Shown one piece after another: positions 13,335-27,100 of a stretch of 64,000 nucleotides of DNA. Under the pieces are notes generated by a model. That model had not been told where the DNA came from. It worked only from the letters and a program-made list of their open reading frames with translations, and ran no database searches. A program made the translations under genes and the position numbers. Every line of letters begins with the position of its first letter. Within the stretch, counting starts at the first letter, position 1. Source of the DNA: Azolla caroliniana (lineage: Eukaryota > Plantae > Polypodiophyta). The stretch is from the NCBI GenBank assembly GCA_043228905.1, contig JBHGNT010000046.1, positions 142,789-206,788 of the forward strand. Direction: 5' to 3'.

Positions 13335-16300
13335 CATGTTTGAACACGAAAATCCGATATCACACGAGCCAGGTATGAACATTTTCATTTACTCAAGGGC
13401 TCCTCTCAACTCACTCCTCAAATTTGCTAATTTCGTCATGTCTCTCGACCTGAGTTTCAAAATCTTGATTTTTTAATTCCATATCATAGCTAGCGTTGTT
13501 AGCTTCGATTCGCATGTTTGAACACAAAAATCCGATATCACACTCGCCACGTATGAACATTTTAATTTTCCTACTAGCTCTTCCCAACTCACTCCTCAAA
13601 TTTGGTAATTTCGTCATGTCTCTCGACCTGAGTTTCCAAATCTTAATTTTTTCATACCATATCATAGCTAGCGTTGTTAGCTTCGATTCGCATGTTTGAG
13701 CACAAAAATTCGATATCACAAGAGCCAGGTATGAACATTTTAATTTACTCAAGGGCTCCTCTCAACTCACTCCTCTAATTTGGTAATTTTGTCATGTCTC
13801 TGGACCTGAGTTTCAATATCTTCATTTTTTAATTCCATATCATAGCTAGCGTTGTTAGCTTCGATTCGCATGTTTGAAAACAAAAATCCGATATCACACG
13901 AGCCAGGTATGAACATTTTAATTTACTCAAGGGCTCCTCCCAACTCACTCCTCAAATTTGGTAATTTCGTCATGTCTCTCGACCTGAGTTTCAAAATCTT
14001 GATTTTTTAATTCCATATCATAGCTAGCGTTGTTAGCTTCGATTCGCATGTTTGAACACAAAAATCCGATATCACACTCGCCAGGTATGAACATTTTAAT
14101 TTTCCTACTAGCTCTTCCCAACTCACTCCGCAAATTTGGTAATTTCGTCATGTCTCTCGACCTGAGTTTCCAAATCTTGATTTTTTCATACAATATCATA
14201 TCTAGCGTTGTTAGCTTCGATTTGCATGTTTGAGCACAAAAATTCGATATCACACGAGCCAGGTATGAACATTTTAATTTACTGAAGGGCTCCTCTCAAC
14301 TCACTCCTCAAATTTGGTAATTTCGTCATGTCTCTCGACCTGAGTTTCAAAATCTTGATTTTTTAATTCTATATCATAGCTAGCGTTGTTAGCTTCGATT
14401 CGCATGTTTGACCACAAAAATCCGATATCACACGAGCCAGGTATGAACATTGTATTTTACTCAAGGGCTCCTCTCATCTCCCTCCTAAAATTTGGTAATT
14501 TCATCATGTCTTTCGACCTGAGTTTCAAAATCTTGATTTTTTAATTCCATATCATAGGTAGCGTTGTCAGCTTCGAGTCGCATGTTTGACCACAAAAATC
14601 CGATATCACACGAGCCAGGTATGAACATTGTATTTTACTCAAGGGCTCCTCTCAACTCACTCCTCAAATTTGGTAATTTCGTCATGTCTCTCGACCTGAG
14701 TTTCAAAATCTTGATTTTTTAATTCTATATCATAGCTAGCGTTGTTAGCTTCGATTCGCATGTTTGACCACAAAAATCCGATATCACACGAGCCAGGTAT
14801 GAACATTGTGTTTTACTCAAGGGCTCCTCTCATCTCCCTCCTAAAATTTGGTAATTTCATCATGTCTTTCGACCTGAGTTTCAAAATCTTGATTTTTTAA
14901 TTCCATATGATAGCTAGCGCTGTTAGCTTCGATTCGCATGTTTGAACACAAAAATCCGATATCACACGAGCCAGGTATGAACATTTTAATTTACTCAAGG
15001 GCTCCTCCCAACTCACTCCTCAAATTTGCTAATTTCGTCATGTCTCTCGACCTGAGTTTCAAAATCTTGATTTTTTAATTCCATATCATAGCTAGCGTTG
15101 TTAGCTTCGATTCGCATGTTTGAACACAAAAATCCGATATCACACTCGCCACGTATGAACATTTTAATTTTCCTACTCTCTCTTCCCAACTCACTCCGCA
15201 AATTTGGTAATTTCGTCATGTCTCTCGACCTGAGTTTCCAAATCTTGATTTTTTCAGACAATATCATAGCTAGCGTTGTTAGCTTCGATTTGCATGTTTG
15301 AGCACAAAAATTCGATATCACACGAGCCAGGTATGAACATTTTAATTTACTCAAGGGCTCCTCTCAACTCACTCCTCAAATTTGGTAATTTCGTCATGTC
15401 TCTCGACCTGAGTTTCAAAATCTTGATTTTTTAATTCTATATCATAGCTAGCGTTGTTAGCTTCGATTCGCATGTTTGACCACAAAAATCCGATATCACA
15501 CGAGCCAGGTATGAACATTGTATTTTATTCAAGGGCTCCTCTCATCTCCCTCCTAAAATTTAGTAATTTCATCATGTCTTTCGACCTGAGTTTCAAAATC
15601 TTGATTTTTTAATTCCATATGATAGCTAGCGTTGTTAGCTTCGATTCGCATGTTTGCACACAAAAATCCGATATCACACGAGCCAGGTATGAACATTTTA
15701 ATTTACTCAAGGGCTCCTCCCAACTCACTCCTCAAATTTGGTAATTTCGTCATGTCTCTCGACCTGAGTTTCAAAATCTTGATTTTTTAATTCCATATCA
15801 TAGCTAGCGTTGTTAGCTTCGATTCGCATGTTTGAACACAAAAATCCGATATCACACTCGCCAGGTATGAACATTTTAATTTACCTCCAAGCTATTCTCA
15901 ACTCACTCGTCAAATTTGGTAATTTCATCATGTCTTTCGACCTGAGTTTCAAAATCTCGATTTTTTAATTCCATATCATAGCTAGTGTTGTTAGCTTCGA
16001 TTCGCATGTTTGATCACAAAAATCCGATATCACACTCGCCACGTATGAACATTTTAATTTTCCTACTAGGTCTTCCCAACTCACTCCTCAAATTTGGTAA
16101 TTTCGTCATGTCTCTCGACCTGAGTTTCCAAATCTTAATTTTTTAATTCCATATCATAGGTAGCGTTGTTAGCTTCGATTCGCATGTTTGACCACAAAAA
16201 TCCGATATCACACGAGCCAGGTATGAACATTGTATTTTACTCAAGGGCTCCTCTCAACTCCCTCCTAAAATTTGGTAATTTCATCATGTCTCTGGACCTG

Positions 16301-19300
16301 AGTTTCAATATCTTGATTTTTTAATTCCATATCATAGCTAGCGTTGTTAGCTTCGATTCGCAGGTTTGAACACAAAAATCCGATATCACACGAGCCAGGT
16401 ATGAACATTTTAATTTACTCAAGGGCTCCTCCGAACTCACTCGTCAAATTTGGTAATTTCATCATGTCTCTCGACCTGAGTTTCAAAATCTTGATTTTTT
16501 AATTCCATATCATAGCTAGCGTTGTTAGCTTCGATTCGCATGTTTGAACACAAAAATCCGATATCACACTCGCCACGTATGAACATTTTAATTTTCCTAC
16601 TAGCTCTTCCCAACTCACTCCGCAAATTTGGTAATTTCGTCATGTCTCTCGACCTGAGTTTCCAAATCTTGATTTTTTCATACAATATCATAGCTAGCGT
16701 TGTTAGCTTCGATTTGCATGTTTGAGCACAAAAATTCGATATCACACGAGCCAGGTATGAACATTTTAATTTACTCAAGGGCTCCTCTCAACTCACTCCT
16801 GAAATTTGGTAATTTCATCATGTCTCTCGACCTGAGTTTCAAAATCTTGATTTTTTAATTCCATATCATAGCTAGCATTGTTAGCTTCGATTCGCATGTT
16901 TGAACACAAGAATACGATATTACACGAGCCAGGTATGAACATTGTATTTTACTCAAGGGCTCCTCTCAACTCCCTCCTAAAATTTGCTAATTTCGTCATG
17001 TCTCTCGACCTGAGTTTCAAAATCTTGATTTTTTAATTCCATATCATAGCTAGCGTTGTTAGCTTCGATTCGCATGTTTGAACACAAAAATCCGATATCA
17101 CACTCGCCAGGTATGAACATTTTAATTTACTCAAGGGCTCCTCTCAACTCACTCCTCAAATTTGCTAATTTCGTCATGTCTCTCGACCTGAGTTTCAAAA
17201 TCTTGATTTTTTAATTCCATATCATAGCTAGCGTTGTTAGCTTCGATTCGCATGTTTGAACACGAAAATCCGATATCACACGAGCCAGGTATGAACATTT
17301 TCATTTACTCAAGGGCTCCTCTCAACTCACTCCTCAAATTTGCTAATTTCGTCATGTCTCTCGACCTGAGTTTCAAAATCTTGATTTTTTAATTCCATAT
17401 CATAGCTAGCGTTGTTAGCTTCGATTCGCATGTTTGAACACAAAAATCCGATATCACACTCGCCACGTATGAACATTTTAATTTTCCTACTAGCTCTTCC
17501 CAACTCACTCCTCAAATTTGGTAATTTCGTCATGTCTCTCGACCTGAGTTTCCAAATCTTAATTTTTTCATACCATATCATAGCTAGCGTTGTTAGCTTC
17601 GATTCGCATGTTTGAGCACAAAAATTCGATATCACAAGAGCCAGGTATGAACATTTTAATTTACTCAAGGGCTCCTCTCAACTCACTCCTCTAATTTGGT
17701 AATTTTGTCATGTCTCTGGACCTGAGTTTCAATATCTTCATTTTTTAATTCCATATCATAGCTAGCGTTGTTAGCTTCGATTCGCATGTTTGAAAACAAA
17801 AATCCGATATCACACGAGCCAGGTATGAACATTTTAATTTACTCAAGGGCTCCTCCCAACTCACTCCTCAAATTTGGTAATTTCGTCATGTCTCTCGACC
17901 TGAGTTTCAAAATCTTGATTTTTTAATTCCATATCATAGCTAGCGTTGTTAGCTTCGATTCGCATGTTTGAACACAAAAATCCGATATCACACTCGCCAG
18001 GTATGAACATTTTAATTTTCCTACTAGCTCTTCCCAACTCACTCCGCAAATTTGGTAATTTCGTCATGTCTCTCGACCTGAGTTTCCAAATCTTGATTTT
18101 TTCATACAATATCATATCTAGCGTTGTTAGCTTCGATTTGCATGTTTGAGCACAAAAATTCGATATCACACGAGCCAGGTATGAACATTTTAATTTACTG
18201 AAGGGCTCCTCTCAACTCACTCCTCAAATTTGGTAATTTCGTCATGTCTCTCGACCTGAGTTTCAAAATCTTGATTTTTTAATTCTATATCATAGCTAGC
18301 GTTGTTAGCTTCGATTCGCATGTTTGACCACAAAAATCCGATATCACACGAGCCAGGTATGAACATTGTATTTTACTCAAGGGCTCCTCTCATCTCCCTC
18401 CTAAAATTTGGTAATTTCATCATGTCTTTCGACCTGAGTTTCAAAATCTTGATTTTTTAATTCCATATCATAGGTAGCGTTGTCAGCTTCGAGTCGCATG
18501 TTTGACCACAAAAATCCGATATCACACGAGCCAGGTATGAACATTGTATTTTACTCAAGGGCTCCTCTCAACTCACTCCTCAAATTTGGTAATTTCGTCA
18601 TGTCTCTCGACCTGAGTTTCAAAATCTTGATTTTTTAATTCTATATCATAGCTAGCGTTGTTAGCTTCGATTCGCATGTTTGACCACAAAAATCCGATAT
18701 CACACGAGCCAGGTATGAACATTGTGTTTTACTCAAGGGCTCCTCTCATCTCCCTCCTAAAATTTGGTAATTTCATCATGTCTTTCGACCTGAGTTTCAA
18801 AATCTTGATTTTTTAATTCCATATGATAGCTAGCGCTGTTAGCTTCGATTCGCATGTTTGAACACAAAAATCCGATATCACACGAGCCAGGTATGAACAT
18901 TTTAATTTACTCAAGGGCTCCTCCCAACTCACTCCTCAAATTTGCTAATTTCGTCATGTCTCTCGACCTGAGTTTCAAAATCTTGATTTTTTAATTCCAT
19001 ATCATAGCTAGCGTTGTTAGCTTCGATTCGCATGTTTGAACACAAAAATCCGATATCACACTCGCCACGTATGAACATTTTAATTTTCCTACTCTCTCTT
19101 CCCAACTCACTCCGCAAATTTGGTAATTTCGTCATGTCTCTCGACCTGAGTTTCCAAATCTTGATTTTTTCAGACAATATCATAGCTAGCGTTGTTAGCT
19201 TCGATTTGCATGTTTGAGCACAAAAATTCGATATCACACGAGCCAGGTATGAACATTTTAATTTACTCAAGGGCTCCTCTCAACTCACTCCTCAAATTTG

Positions 19301-21166
19301 GTAATTTCGTCATGTCTCTCGACCTGAGTTTCAAAATCTTGATTTTTTAATTCTATATCATAGCTAGCGTTGTTAGCTTCGATTCGCATGTTTGACCACA
19401 AAAATCCGATATCACACGAGCCAGGTATGAACATTGTATTTTATTCAAGGGCTCCTCTCATCTCCCTCCTAAAATTTAGTAATTTCATCATGTCTTTCGA
19501 CCTGAGTTTCAAAATCTTGATTTTTTAATTCCATATGATAGCTAGCGTTGTTAGCTTCGATTCGCATGTTTGCACACAAAAATCCGATATCACACGAGCC
19601 AGGTATGAACATTTTAATTTACTCAAGGGCTCCTCCCAACTCACTCCTCAAATTTGGTAATTTCGTCATGTCTCTCGACCTGAGTTTCAAAATCTTGATT
19701 TTTTAATTCCATATCATAGCTAGCGTTGTTAGCTTCGATTCGCATGTTTGAACACAAAAATCCGATATCACACTCGCCAGGTATGAACATTTTAATTTAC
19801 CTCCAAGCTATTCTCAACTCACTCGTCAAATTTGGTAATTTCATCATGTCTTTCGACCTGAGTTTCAAAATCTCGATTTTTTAATTCCATATCATAGCTA
19901 GTGTTGTTAGCTTCGATTCGCATGTTTGATCACAAAAATCCGATATCACACTCGCCACGTATGAACATTTTAATTTTCCTACTAGGTCTTCCCAACTCAC
20001 TCCTCAAATTTGGTAATTTCGTCATGTCTCTCGACCTGAGTTTCCAAATCTTAATTTTTTAATTCCATATCATAGGTAGCGTTGTTAGCTTCGATTCGCA
20101 TGTTTGACCACAAAAATCCGATATCACACGAGCCAGGTATGAACATTGTATTTTACTCAAGGGCTCCTCTCAACTCCCTCCTAAAATTTGGTAATTTCAT
20201 CATGTCTCTGGACCTGAGTTTCAATATCTTGATTTTTTAATTCCATATCATAGCTAGCGTTGTTAGCTTCGATTCGCAGGTTTGAACACAAAAATCCGAT
20301 ATCACACGAGCCAGGTATGAACATTTTAATTTACTCAAGGGCTCCTCCGAACTCACTCGTCAAATTTGGTAATTTCATCATGTCTCTCGACCTGAGTTTC
20401 AAAATCTTGATTTTTTAATTCCATATCATAGCTAGCGTTGTTAGCTTCGATTCGCATGTTTGAACACAAAAATCCGATATCACACTCGCCACGTATGAAC
20501 ATTTTAATTTTCCTACTAGCTCTTCCCAACTCACTCCGCAAATTTGGTAATTTCGTCATGTCTCTCGACCTGAGTTTCCAAATCTTGATTTTTTCATACA
20601 ATATCATAGCTAGCGTTGTTAGCTTCGATTTGCATGTTTGAGCACAAAAATTCGATATCACACGAGCCAGGTATGAACATTTTAATTTACTCAAGGGCTC
20701 CTCTCAACTCACTCCTGAAATTTGGTAATTTCATCATGTCTCTCGACCTGAGTTTCAAAATCTTGATTTTTTAATTCCATATCATAGCTAGCATTGTTAG
20801 CTTCGATTCGCATGTTTGAACACAAGAATACGATATTACACGAGCCAGGTATGAACATTGTATTTTACTCAAGGGCTCCTCTCAACTCCCTCCTAAAATT
20901 TGCTAATTTCGTCATGTCTCTCGACCTGAGTTTCAAAATCTTGATTTTTTAATTCCATATCATAGCTAGCGTTGTTAGCTTCGATTCGCATGTTTGAACA
21001 CAAAAATCCGATATCACACTCGCCAGGTATGAACATTTTAATTTACTCAAGGGCTCCTCTCAACTCACTCCTCAAATTTGCTAATTTCGTCATGTCTCTC
21101 GACCTGAGTTTCAAAATCTTGATTTTTTAATTCCATATCATAGCTAGCGTTGTTAGCTTCGATTCG
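13335..21166. repeat. 22-monomer (3916 bp) tandem duplication nested in the second 53-mer
   Basis: Markers 13411, 13945, 15013, 16437 recur at +3916 (22 x 178). The variant tgtcagcttcgagtcg is shared at ~14565 and ~18481. Confidence 0.92.
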
Positions 21167-24100
21167 CATGTTTGAACACGAAAATCCGATATCACACGAG
21201 CCAGGTATGAACATTTTCATTTACTCAAGGGCTCCTCTCAACTCACTCCTCAAATTTGCTAATTTCGTCATGTCTCTCGACCTGAGTTTCAAAATCTTGA
21301 TTTTTTAATTCCATATCATAGCTAGCGTTGTTAGCTTCGATTCGCATGTTTGAACACAAAAATCCGATATCACACTCGCCACGTATGAACATTTTAATTT
21401 TCCTACTAGCTCTTCCCAACTCACTCCTCAAATTTGGTAATTTCGTCATGTCTCTCGACCTGAGTTTCCAAATCTTACTTTTTTCATACCATATCATAGC
21501 TAGCGTTGTTAGCTTCGATTCGCATGTTTGAGCACAAAAATTCGATATCACAGGAGCCAGGTATGAACATTTTCATTTACTCAAGGGCTCCTCTCAACTC
21601 ACTCCTCAAATTTGGTAATTTCGTCATGTCTCTCGACCTGAGTTTCAAAATCTTGATTTTTTAATTCCATATCATAGCTAGCGTTGTTAGCTTCGATTCG
21701 CATGTTTGAGCACAAAAATACGATATCACAAGAGCCAGGTATGAACATTTTAATTTACCCAAGGGCTCCTCTCAACTCACTCCTCTAATTTGGTAATTTC
21801 GTCATGTCTCTGGACCTGAGTTTCAATATCTTCATTTTTTAATTCCATATCATAGCTAGCGTTGTTAGCTTCGATTCGCATGTTTGAACACAAAAATCCG
21901 ATATCACACGAGCCACGTATGAACATTTTAATTTACTTCCCAGCTATTCTCAACTCACTCGTCAAATTTGGTAATTTCGTCATGTCTCTCGACCTGAGTT
22001 TCAAAATCTTGATTTTTTAATTCAATATCATAGCTAGCGTTGTTAGCTTCGATTCGCATGTTTGAACACAAATATCCGATATCACACGAGCCAGGTATGA
22101 ACATTTTAATTTACTCAAGGGCTCCTTTCAACTCACTCCTGAAATTTGGTAATTTCATCATGTCTCTCGACCTGAGTTTCAAAATCTTGATTTTTTAATT
22201 CCATATCATAGCTAGCATTGTTAGCTTCGATTCGCATGTTTGAACACAAGAATACGATATTACACGAGCCAGGTATGAACATTGTATTTTACTCAAGGGC
22301 TCCTCTCAACTCCCTCCTAAAATTTGCTAATTTCGTCATGTCTCTCGACCTGAGTTTCAAAATCTTGATTTTTTAATTCCATATCATAGCTAGCGTTGTT
22401 AGCTTCGATTCGCATGTTTGAACACAAAAATCCGATATCACACTCGCCAGGTATGAACATTTTAATTTACTCAAGGGCTCCTCTCAACTCACTCCTCAAA
22501 TTTGCTAATTTCGTCATGTCTCTCGACCTGAGTTTCAATATCTTGATTTTTTAATTCCATATCATAGCTAGCGTTGTTAGCTTCGATTCGCATGTTTGAA
22601 CACGAAAATCCGATATCACACGAGCCAGGTATGAACATTTTCATTTACTCAAGGGCTCCTCTCAACTCACTCCTCAAATTTGCTAATTTCGTCATGTCTC
22701 TCGACCTGAGTTTCAAAATCTTGATTTTTTAATTCCATATCATAGCTAGCGTTGTTAGCTTCGATTCGCATGTTTGAACACAAAAATCCGATATCACACT
22801 CGCCACGTATGAACATTTTAATTTTCCTACTAGCTCTTCCCAACTCACTCCTCAAATTTGGTAATTTCGTCATGTCTCTCGACCTGAGTTTCCAAATCTT
22901 ACTTTTTTCATACCATATCATAGCTAGCGTTGTTAGCTTCGATTCGCATGTTTGAGCACAAAAATTCGATATCACAGGAGCCAGGTATGAACATTTTCAT
23001 TTACTCAAGGGCTCCTCTCAACTCACTCCTCAAATTTGGTAATTTCGTCATGTCTCTCGACCTGAGTTTCAAAATCTTGATTTTTTAATTCCATATCATA
23101 GCTAGCGTTGTTAGCTTCGATTCGCATGTTTGAGCACAAAAATACGATATCACAAGAGCCAGGTATGAACATTTTAATTTACCCAAGGGCTCCTCTCAAC
23201 TCACTCCTCTAATTTGGTAATTTCGTCATGTCTCTGGACCTGAGTTTCAATATCTTCATTTTTTAATTCCATATCATAGCTAGCGTTGTTAGCTTCGATT
23301 CGCATGTTTGAACACAAAAATCCGATATCACACGAGCCAGGTATAAAAATTTTAATTTACTCAAGGGCTCCTCCCAACTCACTCCTCAAATTTGGTAATT
23401 TCGTCATGTCTCTCGACCTGAGTTTCAAAATCTTGATTTTTTAATTCCATATCATAGCTAGCGTTGTTAGCTTCGATTCGCATGTTTGAACACAAAAATC
23501 CGATATCACACTCGCCAGGTATGAACATTTTAATTTTCCTACTAGCTCTTCCCAACTCACTCCGCAAATTTGGTAATTTCGTCATGTCTCTCGACCTGAG
23601 TTTCCAAATCTTGATTTTTTCATACAATATCATAGCTAGCGTTGTTAGCTTCGATTTGCATGTTTGAGCACAAAAATTCGATATCACACGAGCCAGGTAT
23701 GAACATTTTAATTTACTCAAGGGCTCCTCTCAACTCACTCCTGAAATTTGGTAATTTCATCATGTCTCTCGACCTGAGTTTCAAAATCTTGATTTTTTAA
23801 TTCCATATCATAGCTAGCATTGTTAGCTTCGATTCGCATGTTTGAACAGAAAAATCCGATATTACACGAGCCAGGTATGAACATTGTATTTTACTCAAGG
23901 GCTCCTCTCAACTCCCTCCTAAAATTTGGTAATTTCATCATGTCTTTCGACCTGAGTTTCAAAATCTCGATTTTTTAATTCCATATCATAGCTAGTGTTG
24001 TTAGCTTCGATTCGCATGTTTGACCACAAAAATCCGATATCACACGAGCCACGTATGAACATTTTAATTTACTTCCCAGCTATTCTCAACTCACTCGTCA

Positions 24101-27100
24101 AATTTGGTAATTTCGTCATGTCTCTCGACCTGAGTTTCAAAATCTTGATTTTTTAATTCAATATCATAGCTAGCGTTGTTAGCTTCGATTCGCATGTTTG
24201 AACACAAAAATCCGATATCACACGAGCCAGGTATGAACATTTTAATTTACTCAAGGGCTCCTTTCAACTCAGTCCTGAAATTTGGTAATTTCATCATGTC
24301 TCTCGACCTGAGTTTCAAAATCTTGATTTTTTAATTCCATATCATAGCTAGCGTTGTTAGCTTCGATTCGCATGTTTGAACACAAGAATACGATATTACA
24401 CGAGCCAGGTATGAACATTGTATTTTACTCAAGGGCTCCTCTCAACTCCCTCCTAAAATTTGGTAATTTCGTCATGTCTCTGGACCTGAGCTTCAAAATC
24501 TTGATTTTTTAATTCCATATCATAGCTAGCGTTGTTAGCTTCGATTCGCATGTTTGAACCCAAAAATCCGATATCACACTCGCCAGGTATGAACATTTTA
24601 CTTTACTCAAGGGCTCCTCCCAACTCACTTCTCAAATTTGGTAATTTCGTCATGTCTCTCGACCTGAGTTTCAAAATCTTGATTTTTTAATTCCATATCA
24701 TAGCTAGCGTTGTTAGCTTCGATTCGCATGTTTGAACACAAAAATCCGATATCACACTCGCCGGGTATGAACATTTTAATTTTCCTACTAGCTCTTCCCA
24801 ACTCACTCCGCAAATTTGGTAATTTCGTCATGTCTCTCGACCTGAGTTTCCAAATCTTGATTTTTTCATACCATATCATAGCTAGCGTTGTTAGCTTCGA
24901 TTTGCATGTTTGAGCACAAAAATTCGATATCACACGAGCTAGGTATGAACATTTTAATTTACTCAAGGGCTCCTCTCAACTCACTCCTCAAATTTGGTAA
25001 TTTCGTCATGTCTCTCGACCTGAGTTTCAAAATCTTGATTTTTTAAATCTATATCATAGCTAGCGTTGTTAGCTTCGATTCGCATGTTTGACCACAAAAA
25101 TCCGATATCACACGAGCAACGTATGAACATTTTGTTTTACTCAAGGGCTCTTCTCAACTCCCTCCTCATGTTTGGTAATTTCGTCATGTCTCTCGACCTG
25201 AGTGTCAAAATCTTGATTTTTTAATTCCATATTATAGCTAGCGCTGTTAGCTTCGATTCGCATGTTTGAACACAAAAATCCGATATCACACGAGCCAGGT
25301 ATGAACATTTTAATTTACTCAAGGGCTCCTCCCAACTCACTCGTCAAATTTTGTAATTTCGTCATGTCTCTCGACCTGAGTTTCATAATCTTGATTTTTT
25401 AATTCCATATCATAGCTAGCGTTGTTAGCTTCGATTCGCATGTTTGAACAGAAAAATCCGATATTACACGAGCCAGGTATGAGCATTGTATTTTACTCAA
25501 GGGCTCTTCTCAACTCCCTCCTCATGTTTGGTAGTTTCGTCATGTCTCTCGACCTGAGTTTCAAAATCTTGATTTTTTAATTCCATATCATAGCTAGCGC
25601 TGTTAGCTTCGATTCGCATGTTTGAACACAAAAATCCGATATCACACGAGAAAGGTATGAACATTTTGTTTTACTCAAGGGCTCTTCTCAACTCCCTCCT
25701 CATGTTTGGTAATTTCGTCATGTCTTTCGACCTGAGTTTCAAAATCTCGATTTTTTAATTCCATATCATAGCTAGTGTTGTTAGCTTCGATTCGCATGTT
25801 TGACCACAAAAATCCGATATCACACGAGCCACGTATGAACATTTTAATTTACCTCCAAGCTACTCTCAACTCCCTCCTAAAATTTGGTATTTTCATCATG
25901 TCTTTCGACCTGAGTTTCAAAATCTTGATTTTTTAATTCCATATCATAGGTAGCGCTGTTAGCTTCGATTCGCATGTTTGATCACAAAAATCCGATATCA
26001 CACGAGCCAGGTATGAACATTTTAATTTTCCTACTAGCTCTTCCCAACTCACTCCTCAAATTTGGTAATTTCGTCATGTCTCTCGACCTGAGTTTCCAAA
26101 TCTTGATTTTTTCATACCATATCATAGCTAGCGTTGTTAGCTTCGATTTGCATGTTTGAGCACAAAAATTCGATATCACACGAGCTAGGTATGAACATTT
26201 TAATTTACTCAAGGGCTCCTCCGAACTCACTCGTCAAATTTGGTAATTTTGTCATGTCTCTCGACTGAATTTCATAATCTTGATTTTTTAATTCCATATC
26301 ATAGCTAGCGTTGTTAGCTTCGATTCGCATGTTTGAACACAAAAATCCGATATCACACTCGCCAGGTATGAACATTTTCATTTTCCTACTAGCTCTTCCC
26401 AACTCACTCCTCAAATTTGGTAATTTCGTCATGTCTCTCGACCTGAGTTTCCAAATCTTAATTTTTTCATACCATATCATAGCTAGCGTTGTTAGCTTCG
26501 ATTCGCATGTTTGAGCACAAAAATCCGATATGACACGAGCCAGGTATGAACATTTTAATTTACTCAAGGGCTCCTCCCAATTCACTCCTCAAATTTGCTA
26601 ATTTCGTCAGGTCTCTCGACCTGAGTTTCATAATCTTGATTTTTTAATTCCATATCATAGCTAGCGTTGTTAGCTTCGATTCGCATGTTTGAACAGAAAA
26701 ATCCGATATTACACGAGCCAGGTATGAGCATTGTATTTTACTCAAGGGCTCTTCTCAACTCCCTCCTCATGTTTGGTAGTTTCGTCATGTCTCTCGACCT
26801 GAGTTTCAAAATCTTGATTTTTTAATTCCATATCATAGCTAGCGCTGTTAGCTTCGATTCGCATGTTTGAACACAAAAATCCGATATCACACGAGCAAGG
26901 TATGAACATTTTGTTTTACTCAAGGGCTCTTCTCAACTCCCTCCTCATGTTTGGTAATTTCATCATGTCTTTCGACCTGAGTTTCAAAATCTTGATTTTT
27001 TAATTCCATATGATAGCTAGCGCTGTTAGCTTCGATTCGCATGTTTGAACACAAAAATCCGATATCACACGAGCCAGGTATGAACATTTTAATTTACTCA

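Larger units (their letters stand above)
2160..24970. repeat. 53-monomer HOR (9434 bp) tandem duplication; second copy expanded to 75 monomers
   Basis: ORF markers 2553, 2909, 3977, 4511, 5579, 7003 recur at +9434 (53 x 178). Markers 7893, 9317, 10029, 11275 recur at +13350 (75 x 178). Confidence 0.92.
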
